Source: Phoronis australis
Taxonomy: Eukaryota > Animalia > Phoronida
Reading direction: 5' to 3'
DNA: 64,000 nt
NCBI GenBank assembly: GCA_002633005.1
Contig: NMRA01000037.1
Span: 1,198,160-1,262,159 of the forward strand
The stretch's first letter is position 1. Every line of letters starts with the position of its first letter. Under the pieces are notes generated by a model. That model ran no database searches and was not told where the DNA came from. It worked only from the letters and a program-made list of their open reading frames with translations. A program made the position numbers and the translations under genes. This document shows, one piece after another, positions 38,001-50,000 of the stretch.

Positions 38001-41000
38001 CTATGCATGTTATTTAGAGAACCAATTACTGTTTAATGTACAGTAATTTATTTCTTTATAGGATCTTTACAGATAATACCGACTGAATTGGCTTGGTGAT
38101 TACTAACACAAGAACTATTTTTATTTGTGCGTTGATTATCTGTCTGTTGGTCCTGCTATGGCCAAAAATGATGTAATTAACAAATCCAACCCTAATCAGA
38201 AAGAGTTGTCTACAAAATCAAAATGAAGACCACTCTCTTTCCAAACTGACTAAAATATCAACCGCCCAATCATTTTATGTAACAGTTCCTGTACAAGACA
38301 CCCACTATTAATTAGTAACGCTGAGCGGTTTTGCTCTTCTGAGTTGAAATATGCGATTCTTTAGCAAAGTGTTAGATATCCCGACTATTGTCACCTCTAA
38401 GCACTGGTCCTCTACATTTCTTGCAGTTGTTGCGACATCTCTCACAGCACTTCTGTCCAAATTTATATTCAGCTACGGATGGTCCTGGGCCATTGCGATG
38501 ATCTTTGGTGCAATAGTTAGTGCCACTGACCCTGTCGCTGTGGTGGCATTACTCAAAGACCTAGGTAAAATGCTTTGTTTGCAGGGGTAACATTATGAAC
38601 TCCTGTGAACATCGTGCGAACGATTTTTCTATCATTTCTTGCTGGCTTCGTAAGGCAGCCGCGTTGGAGTCCAGCATTCGCAAACTGTTTGCAAGTTCAC
38701 AGCCATGGCGACGACCCTGTACAAGGATTTTCACGAAAAATGTTTTGACGAAAGCAACTCATACCTCGCCTCAATACAGGCCCGTAAAAATAAAAGCTTG
38801 ACAAGATTATTGTGTATTAGTTAGAGTTGGTAAGCAATATTATGGAACCTCAAACCCCTACTGCGTGTTGGTCGTAAGAATGTCTCGAGCCATTATTCGA
38901 CTGCAGTGCCCCTTGCAGCATTCGCAGGAATGCCATTCGAACGGTTTTTCGTATGCTATTCTTACGAAGTTGTTAGAAAGGCAATTGTAGGGAAGTACGT
39001 CATTTTGACGTGCTTGGTGTTCTTAGAGGAGTAAGCAAGATCTGCGATGTTCAAGCAAGTTCTCTTTTTGAAAGATTTTCGAAGAACAACGTCTTTCGAC
39101 ACAAGAGGAAAGAGAGTGAAGGAAAGAACTATTCAGCAAGCGAAACTTCTCTACAAATTTTATAACAGATGAATCCGCAAACACAGATATTTCTTAAAGC
39201 CCTGTATAGACGGCATCCGTTTACAGGGTGTACCCCGACAAAATGTGTCAATCATCTTATCAACAACTTGCAAGAGGCATGAGTCACACACGGCGGTGCA
39301 GCACAACCAACTTTCAAAATTGAAATTATAGGATCGCCGTAAATAAGCATCTTAACAAATAACGTAGGCACTCTAGGACCATCGCAAAAACAATATAATT
39401 TCCCAAAAAACGTCTCCTAACCAGTTGTTTTTGTGAATTTTGTCGTACAAACTTTGTAAAAAGCTCGAAAGAGACTTTGCTACCTCTACGAATACCTGCG
39501 AACTCTAGAATTTGTAGACATTGGGATGCCGTACAAACATATCATTCGTATGAACTTTCGCGGTCGTAGCTTTAATTTGAATGTCTACCTTTTCATTCGC
39601 TTCTGATTGGTTATGAGTAGGCCAAGTGTCGGCCATTTTGGTTGACGGTTTTACGATAATGTCGGTTTCTAGTGTGAAATGTGCCGGGTTTTCGTATGAT
39701 TGGTAGGCGTTATAGTTACATTACATTGTCGGACTGAGCCAGGGTTTGGGAAGTTTTGTAACCCCAAACAAAATATATTCAAATTGTCATTGGCTGCAAT
39801 TGACTGACTTCGCTGGTTCCGCCGGATCATCCGGCTAAGATGTCTGATTGGTCTATAAGTCGGAAGTTGCCATCGAAAACCAAACAGATGTCGTAGCTGG
39901 TTGACTAGCTGGAGCTGGGGAAGACAATCAAGTGTAATATTTTTTAAGTTACCAGAGTCTCTCCTGAGGTGTCGTTTCAAGGGAAACAATACCGTTTGTT
40001 TTTGTTTAGTCATGCACGTCGTGACAGCGCTGTGGAACTCCATAAATTTAGATTGATTTTGAAACTGGGTAAAGTCAATGGGCGAATCAGGGAAGTGTTT
40101 TGAGGAGCAGTCTTGTTTACGAAAAAAAATACAAACATAGTAATTGTAGCTTTTGTTTTTAACATATAAATTTAAAATACCGTTTGCTGTAGATTAAAAA
40201 AATATCTTGAATTCAAGTTTTGTGAGTGGTCGGAGAATTCTAAAAGCAGGCGATGTCATTCTCTTCTTTTGGTATGCTCTATTTTTAGCAAATACCCAAA
40301 AGAGAATTGTGTTTTGTCTTGCAGGTGCATCGAAGACACTTGCCATTCTAATAGAAGGGGAATCTCTTCTTAATGACGGAGCGGCCATTGTAATATTTAA
40401 CGTAATCATAGATATCGTATCGAAAGGACAGAGCAGTCCCTATTACTCTGGTGAGATATGTCTGCTTTTGGAAGATTTCTAAAGAAAATGAGCGATCGCT
40501 ATGCGAGCCGAGAACATAAAGCAGCTTTTAAATCGACGTTTNNNNNNNNNNNNNNNNNNNNNNNNNNNNNNNNNNNNNNNNNNNNNNNNNNNNNNNNNNN
40601 NNNNNNNNNNNNNNNNNNNNNNNNNNNNNNNNNNNNNNNNNNNNNNNNNNNNNGGGAGGTAGGCAGCGAGGAGGGAGGGAGCGAGGCGGGAGGGAGCAAA
40701 GAGGGAGGGAGGGAGGGAGGGAGGGAGGGAGGAAGGAGGGAGGGAGGTGGCTTTAAGTGACCCTTAGAATTATAAACCGCTAAAATTAATTGATAATGCT
40801 GGTAATGATGTTGACCCTGAATTTCATTGTACTATGCTACATCATGCCATCACGCTTATTTAGGCCCATAAATTGAAGAAACTTTGTCATTGTAGTTGGT
40901 GGAGTAGCGCTGTATTTCCTTCGAGTCAGTCTAGGCGGTCCGGCACTGGGATGGGTTTTTGGCAAACTAACCACTTTTTGGCTGTCTATGATATTTAACG

Positions 41001-44000
41001 ATGCCATGACGGAGATCACAATTACGCTGGGCGCAGCTTACGTCACTTTCTACGTGGGTAAGTCTGCGCATGCTGAAGCAAAGACGTGCGTTATGGCAAT
41101 CCTACCATCAAAGTAAATTGATGACGTGCAAGTAGTAAAAATGAGACACATGTCCGAGTTATCAAGCTAGACGTTTTTATGTTTAAAGAGGCCTGGAATG
41201 CGATAAAAAGATTAAATTGAAATATTGAAAGTAATTCTCTACCACTAAAACAGGATTCAACCTGCTCACCAGGTATTTTTAGGATTTGCTCGTAAAGATT
41301 TTTGATTTCTGTTGACAAGAAAGTATTTTCTTTTAGCTTCAAAATTCACAAAAACGATCCGTCAACTGCTCGCCACTTCGTCGATTTTTCTCTCACAAGA
41401 CAGCACGTCTTCTTATTTAGTATGGCAAGACATAGACCAAGCACATTTCCTTATGTGGAAAATGTGACTTTTGACCTCAAGCGACTTCAAGCAATTGACT
41501 GTGAGCACAGACGTGCATTTATCCCAAGTGGGAGGGATATTAGAAAGTCTATGGTAATCACAGAGTTTTTCCTTTACGTGTATTTTGAAAATCGTGAAAT
41601 TTGTGATTTTTATGCAAATTTCCTCACAGGGGAAAGTGAATTACTCTGTACAAGACGTTGCGATGTGGTACTGTCGCCAGAAATTGTTTGAAATATGTTT
41701 TTGATGAGCTTTCGCGTTCCATTCCTCTTTAACGTTTCTAGTATGACGAGTAAGTTTTTACTTCAAAAGTTTTTGCAAATGTACTAATTTGCTAAGATTT
41801 TTTTGGTAGATTATTTAGGAAGTTTGATTCGTTCGCTTGTCGAGGACACAAATCAAAATTTAGTCAACTTCTGGACTACCGTAAGCATTGTCCCCACTAG
41901 TGCAATGAAGTGTCGAAGCCAACTACACGAAGTCCTACATGTAGAGTACACATCAATCATTGCTCATCACGTGCAACATATCAGGGTTGCAGGTAAAAGA
42001 GTAATTAACTCGCCCTTTCAGTCCAAACAAATTTTTGAATTAGATCTTTTTCTGTCATGAAATCTGTCTCGCCTTGTCATGGGCGGTGCAGCACTGAAAA
42101 AGGTGGAGGCTATAGCCCCAGCGCCCAGCCCGCTATGATGCACCGCCCATGCTTGATCCTTATTCAAATCAAACACAGGGCTTAGACTTGATAAGAACGG
42201 ACAAGTTCTTATTGTTACAGACCAGGGACATTAACCATTTACCTTGTTTTGACAAGTGACTAATTTGTCAACATCGTTAAACCTTCCTGTGCCCCTCTGC
42301 GTATCCCAACCGTGTATTCGAAACCCCGACAACCAGAAAATAGAAGAAAACAGGCTTCAATTGATTACATGTGATTCATTTCTCCACGGACATGAGTGAG
42401 ACGTATGAACGTACTGAGCGCCAATATGTCCTGTCCACCAATACACGAGTTTATTGTATAAACATGTGCTATAAAATGTGTTTAATATGAAATTTGTGAC
42501 TTCAAGCACGCCAATTGTCTTGTCAGGGCGTGACCGCCAAGAGATGATCCTTGTAAACAATTTTAACTCAAACACAGAATAAAAAGGTGACGACGTTACT
42601 TTGGGTGAGCAAAACACACCTTTGAAGAAAATGTCTTTTTTTGAACTTTAGAAAATGGTTTATAATGGTTTTAAAGAGTTTGTGATGGACTGTCAAATAA
42701 ATCAGTATCAAAATCTCACAAGGTAAATATTTATTACGTTGCTGATCAAACAGTTAATTTTCCCACATTCCACAGTAGCATGTCACTTGCATAGCACTTT
42801 CGGCAGATTGAAATCACGTAAATCAACATTCCAACCTCACCGACCAACCACTCCAGTGTCCGCCATTTAGGTCGTGTACACCAGTATGATCCTGAGTACA
42901 CTCGCGATCCACTCGCCTCTCGCTGACGTGTTTCGCTTGGTCTAGTTATTTGGGTATTTTGCGTCTGCGCGATGCACCCTTGTGATCATGGATGTGCGTG
43001 CGTAAAAAGGACAACCAGTTGCATTCGGTACTAGAATATATAACAATGTCCCTTTTTTGCAGGTGAAGTGTTTTTCAGGGTCTCTGGTGTATTGGCCGTT
43101 GTAATGCTTGGCGTGGTAATGAGCTCTGAGAAAACGAGTATCAGTCCAGAAGTAGAGATATTCCTTCACAGGTAAATTGACCAGGTGTACACCAACTTTA
43201 CATCCAAGTAAAATACAATGAATTTGCCTCAACGAGACGACAAGTACCAGGTGGTTCGAGCTTCTTCAATTTTGGTTATCCCTGAGTAAGCTTAAGAAAA
43301 CTCTTGCCACATCTAAATTAATGTTGTGTTATTCCAAAACAGTTGCATACTGCATGTTTTGAAAGATAATGTTCTGAAACCACCCAAAAGCAACTTGTTC
43401 CTATGAGGGTATTTTTGCAGCAAGAGATTGACGTCAGTATAATTTTTCACCGATTACACATAAGAATTTACTTTCATCCAGGTTTTGGGAAATGTTGGCT
43501 TATCTAGCAAACACACTTATATTCGTGCTGGTCGGCATTGTGATTGCTCGTCGCATAGGTGATCACATGGAACCAATGGACGGATTCAACTTCATTTCCT
43601 GTTACATTGGTGTCAACATTATCAGGTAAACAATGCCCGTCTACGTGTGCAAATATCTTTATAATGTTAATACAGCGGCAACTTTTCTTACGCGGAAGCA
43701 TGAATAGCAGGTGTGAAAAGGCAAATAACAGTGTAGGGGGAGTTTTCCTTGTAATCAACATCTATGCAGCATGCTTTCTACCTCCCGGAAAGAGAAGAGT
43801 TCAATCCAAGATGGGTCTATTTAAGTGACCATTAGCTACTTTTCAGATGCTTCCATATCTACAACATAAGACATGCGCGCCGCCATTTGGCAAAATTGGC
43901 AAAAAGGTCCGCCTCAGAGAAACAGCAATCCCAAATAAAGTAGAAAACGAGACAAAAGTAAACTAAAAAGGCAAGAATTACCAAAATTCGGCGAATCCAC

Positions 44001-47000
44001 AATCCATAGCCCTGAACGTGCCCCGTGAATCCTAGTAAAAGGTTCACGTTATCAAAAATTCGAGCTCTCCATTTTAGGCTGGGTGCGCAAGATTAAGCAA
44101 ATTCAGTCCTTATGCCCATTTCTGTTGGCCGGTGTATTTGTAAACGTCCTCCTGGACACATTCATGCACTTGTTGGGTGATTCACACGAATCCACTGTTA
44201 AGTTTGTGCATTTGGCGTCGAAGAGACGGGCGACATTGATTTCTATATGGCTATGTATTTTGGGTCAGTGATCTGGTGTACTGGATAAATGATTCTGAAC
44301 TAAACAAATTTAAGAGGGTTCAACACGACAAAAATACCGTATTTGAGGTCCAACCCCGACATGGAACAATCGTTGAAACTATAATCGTCTATAATCTAAT
44401 TTCAAGTTCCCATCTTTTGCAGTAGATCTTAATCTCCCAATTGTTAAAACATATTCTCTTTTCAAAAAAATACAATCATATTTTCTTCGTGACTTCCTAA
44501 ATTGATATCACACTTGTTGCCAACAGACACATGGGTACAGCCGTTTCGTAGACGCAATACAAGTAATATCGCCGAGAGAGCTAGGTGTGATCAAGTACTC
44601 GCTACAAGTACATGGCAACTTCTGTCACCAAGACATGCGTGCTCTTGCAGTTTCATATCGTTGGCCAAATGGATTAATGTTACGCACATAAATTGCGTGC
44701 GTAAGATAACTGTTGTTAGCTGCGTAAAGTAACTATATGCGACATCAAATAAGATTTAAAGACGTAAAAAATATTTGCAGGGTGAAGGAATTTTTAATGG
44801 CTTAAAGTAATTATTTGTGGCGCAAAATAATTATTTGCGGCGTATATTAAAAGTAATTTACGTGCGTGATTTACACTGTAAATGATTACACCGTTAAAAT
44901 TTACTTTACGCCGCAAATTATTACTTTACGCCACTAACAAGAAGTAATTTACGCACATACTTTACATGCGTAAGGCACACCCATTTGGCCAACGACATTT
45001 CCATGGCATTCTTGTCTTAAGAAAACGCACGGGTGAATTTCAAGCATTTAGAAGATGACAGTTTTACAGTCACCGTGTTACCGCCAAGGTATAACTCAAA
45101 AGCGTATACTTCATATCAATCCTGCCTAATCAATTTCACTTCTCCGTTTCAGGGGCTTAACGATAGGCCTTTGCGGCCCTCTACTGATGAGGATGGGATA
45201 CGGGTTCACATGGCAAAACGGGGTGGTGATGACATGGGCTGGTCTCCGTGGCGCTGTAGGGCTCACTCTCGCTCTTCTACTGTCCAACTATCCACAATTA
45301 GATAAGAAGACAGTGTCCAGCAAGGTGAGATGAATCGAATTTGAACACGTCTTTAACAGGTCACCTTGTTGAAAGAAACGCCAATCTTTGCAGGGGCGCA
45401 TAATACGACATCATTCCAGCCTTAGTGCATATACATGAACCGGCGCATGCTCATTGTAATGAATTAAATGTCAATTACGACTAGATTGAATACATTCGAA
45501 ACAAACCAATGCTAAGTAATCCTCTTTAAGCATCAAGAATGTGTCCGGTATCATTATTTATTTCCTTCTAGATATTATTTCACACCGCCGGAATCGTGAT
45601 GATGACGTTGTTTCTCAATGCTACAACTATCAAGTGGCTGCTGAAGAAACTAGGTAGGCTAACCATTTCCCTTTGCAACATCATTGGCCATATTTTGGGC
45701 ATAACAGATAATATCGTATATTACGTTTATGTACCTACAGAACGTGATTTGTGCTGATGTAGTCAGACGTCTACAGATGACGACTGTCTTCTCCCTGCCC
45801 AAATACTTATCATTACTCTGACCACCCTGTATACAGTAGCTGCTTCTCTTTTTGTCCTCAGCCGTGGATCTGACATTGCTTTCTTCCAACAGTGTGGCGT
45901 CATCACAAATGGTTACCAGATTCCTCAGGCGTTCGTTTCAACTCTGAACTATAATGTCCTAAGCTGGCGGGTCCACGATGTTTGCCAATTCAGTGTGCGT
46001 CTATCTGTTGCACACATTTGTGATACCGCAACCAACAAGAAGCCTCCTGTTTCTCCTCACTTAAGTTTTTGACGGCCACTCGTCCGTCCTTTCCGTGCAC
46101 TCCAAGAGTCTGTAATAATGGTCATGTTGATCCGGCAGGGAAACTCTTGCATCCCATCTTTACAGGAAATAACCACGTCCTTCAACCTCTTTCACGGCAG
46201 CTACTCTCCAGCTTGATGTACTTGTTGGCTTTTCTCTCGTTTGTTTCTTCATAAGCTTTTTCCTATAGCACCGTCAATTCTGCGATAGTCACAGTTCTCA
46301 TTGGCAACCACATCTTTATGCTATGTTATGTTAAGTTATGTCTGACCGAAGTCTTGTCTGTACTAGTTATGGAAACACAATTCACGCCTTTAGATACACT
46401 CTTAGGTTTCAAAATTATGCAGCAACAAAATTGAGAAGAATCTTTTTCAAAATTTTCCAAACTGCTCACTTTAGGCTTCTTCGAAGAGTTTCATGGCATT
46501 AACATTTGAATGCTGCAAAATCGTTTGTTTTGAGGCTATGCAATATGGCGGCAAATGAGGAGGAGCGCCCTCGTATGCACGTCTAACGGTATATTATGTT
46601 TTGCTTGTAGTTGCTGATGATGTTTGCTTTCAGGAATGAGTGAAGTTTCCACCCCGAAAAAAATGGCAATGCAGACAGCAGTTCGTTACTTGATCGATTG
46701 CAAGTCCAAAGCAATTAATATTCTTAAATCAGATAGGTAAACATTATTTATTTTATTACATCATAGTGCTCACAAGATCTTTATAAACTTCGCTCTTAAA
46801 CTTTACGTCCCATTCAAAATCATATCATTAACCATAAAGTTCACTAACACGAACCTTACGGGACCACATCTAATGCGTTAGTTTGCTGCCTGCTTACGGT
46901 AGTGATATATATTTATTGAAGAATACACAAGACATACAAAGAAATGATGACAAACCTAGAAATCGCGAAGCATTATATCTGGGTTGTAAACAATTCATAA

Positions 47001-50000
47001 ATGAAACTAATATACATAAAGGTATATACATTTAAGTACTATCTGATATAACTATCCCAATATTTAGATATGCTATTGCGAACATGCACAGATTCATGTT
47101 TGGGAATCAGAAGCAGCAATATTGATAAACGGTACTGATAAAAAAATTGCTAACGTTGCTTAGGAGGAATTCATTGAGAACGACGTCAAAGTTAGGACTA
47201 CCATTCAATAAAAATAGAACTTTAGTAGGGATGTTATTACAATAATTGAGAACATTAACAACTGATTGGTTTTCATTGAGTGCACGAAAGAGTGAGTCTC
47301 TCAAGTATTCGATGAGGGGACATTTGAAGAAAATATGAGGATAAGATTGATGGTCACCACATTTACAGTTTGGAGAAACATTACTAAAGTTCCTGCCTGC
47401 TCCATAACAAAATGTAAGGTTATTGCTACCGGAGAAGTGGCAGTTAAAGGTTCGGCTTAGGAAGACGAGATGCGCTTGGGAGTACAGAGAGGACCCAAAG
47501 CCAAAATTGAGTTTTGCATGTATGAGATGCAACTCAGAGGAGGGTCTGAACGTGGCTGGTTAATATATTGAACCACGCAGCAATATGGATTTGAACAGGT
47601 ACTCCAACTTAGGACTCAAATCCGAGTTCAAAACTGAGTCTCACCCATAGATAATTGATTCACCACCTACACAAACAAACCGCGCGATACTTCTATACAC
47701 CAACTGCGATACTTGCAGGTTTCTGGCCGACGCTGACTGGGAGTTAGTGGAGAACTCCTGTGTTATAACTGACCCGTACCACACAGGTCAGACGCAGGTA
47801 AGGACAGATTCAGATGTGCCCAGATACACACACTTGCTAAGGTCACCAGACGTAGTTGGCTTTGTCTTGCGACCACTGTGCTACAACACCTCCAGACGAA
47901 TTGCAGTAATTTGGTGTTCTATAACCTCACACCCAATTCAAAGGTTTAATAACGTCAGATAGTCCAAAAATGCTGATTTTTCTTAGCACGATAAGGAAAC
48001 GTGCATGTTTTACATTTATTGAATCCCAACTAGGACATTGAGCCGGAGCAAAGCTTTTACCAACGAGTCAGCGTCTGTCCCGACTGCGAAACTCTGGTGC
48101 CGAACGAGCCTTCACCTCAAGAGCAAAGAGAAATGGAAAACGAGGCTCATCTGCGATACATAAAAGCACAGAAGGTTTGGTATAGAATTATTTCTGAAAT
48201 GACTGAGTTTTAACTGTTTAGATGGACACTAATACTGTTTGATGTAGCACCAGAGCACTCACTGAGTATCCCAAAAAATAAACACGAAACATGGGTCAAT
48301 GTTTGACTTTTAAGCTCAGACACCAGTTTTTAGAGTGTGATGGTGCTAGACTCTCGCATAAACATCGTGGTGTGGGAGTTCGGATCTTCGCAACTCCCAC
48401 CCAACAGAAACACTGGAAAAAGATAACAGACGACATGTAACCTATTCAAGTTAGTCATGTAACACCTGCATGAATATTTCCGGTTTTAAAACTAGCGTGA
48501 TCGCTGAGAGAGTTATCATGGATAACTAATGTGTAAACGTATTCGCAACTTGATGTAAACACACTGAGGTGATCACTGCCATTATCATTGTCATTAGCAG
48601 TAACGGTATGTAACGCTTTTTATGAAAAGAACGCCAGCAGCAATCTCGGAACGTCTTTCCATATGCTATCTAATGTGCACAATGTAATGCAAGTAAACAT
48701 TTACATCATCACTGGCTGAGCTTCCGCTTTGGAAGACTCACATTTCACTGTTTTAGAGTCGCGAGTTAACGTTAGATACAGAGATAGCACAGACACAATC
48801 AACAGGAGCGATAGAGGAAAATGAACAACCCAGGGAAACCAGAGTTCGTGTAGAGAAAGACGAGGGAGAAAATACAGACACTCGTGGAAAGAAGGAATTT
48901 CAAACTGAAACTAAAGATACTGAAAAAATTAAGTCGAACCCCTCTGGAGATGACGACAAAGAGTCAAAGGCTCAAAGTAAAGAAAGTGCAAACAAGAAAA
49001 AAACAGAAACAGAAGATCGTGAGAAACGAAGTTCCGGATTTGGATCTCAACCAGGTGAGAAAGAAGAACCTAAGCGTCAGACGTCGAAATTAGGTTCGCG
49101 CATATCAGCCGCTAATATGTTAAGTCGATTGGATGAACGTGACGAAAACAGAGACGTACAGCGCAATCAGTTAAGAACTGGCGGAGGTGGGCTAAACTAC
49201 GGAAAGAGTTCCGACGTTCACGAATCACGAAGAAACAAAGGCTCTCGAACAAATACGCACTTGACAGGTAGCGTTGTGAGCATCACCAAGGAAAAGAAAA
49301 GCATTCACGAGAAAAAAAGCGACAGCTTAACAGAATGGCCTACCATTAAACCATGGAGGAAAAAACAAGATCGTGTACGTACACGGATGTTCGTTATCAA
49401 AGCAAAACATAGTTGGCATAATGTTTCATAAAATTTACATTTTAATGTACTTTTGCCCAACCATTTTCTTACCTAATATAAACTTACTGTCCTGTGTACA
49501 CGTAAAGCGAGTTTGGGACAGACAATGAAGCACAGTTAATTGACCGTCCATGCGAAATTAGGCAAAATTGACTCAGATTATTGCTGAGATCTTTTACAAA
49601 ATTCCTTGTCACTCGTGGATACTTCTTATGTAGGTGAAACAAAAAGAAATCTTAGCTATTGTCTGCAAGGGCATGCCATGATGCAATATGAATTGTCGTT
49701 TTTGATTGGTCAAACGCAGCCATTCTTGACAGGGAAGCAATGGATTACAGGATAATAACTAGGGAGTCTAACTGAATCAAGCAGACGCCTAAAGCCATGA
49801 ATATAATCTAGTATGTAGCGCAATGTGTCCCACGGCACAAGACGGGAAAGCTCAACATCATTGACTGAAGATGACGTATTCCTAACACCACTTCGAGCTG
49901 GTGATGTAAAAACACTGTTTCTAAAATTTATTGTTCTATAAGTACCAGTGTGTAGAGGCGTTGGTGTAATGGTTAGAGGTCCTCAACAATCCAGCTTGCG

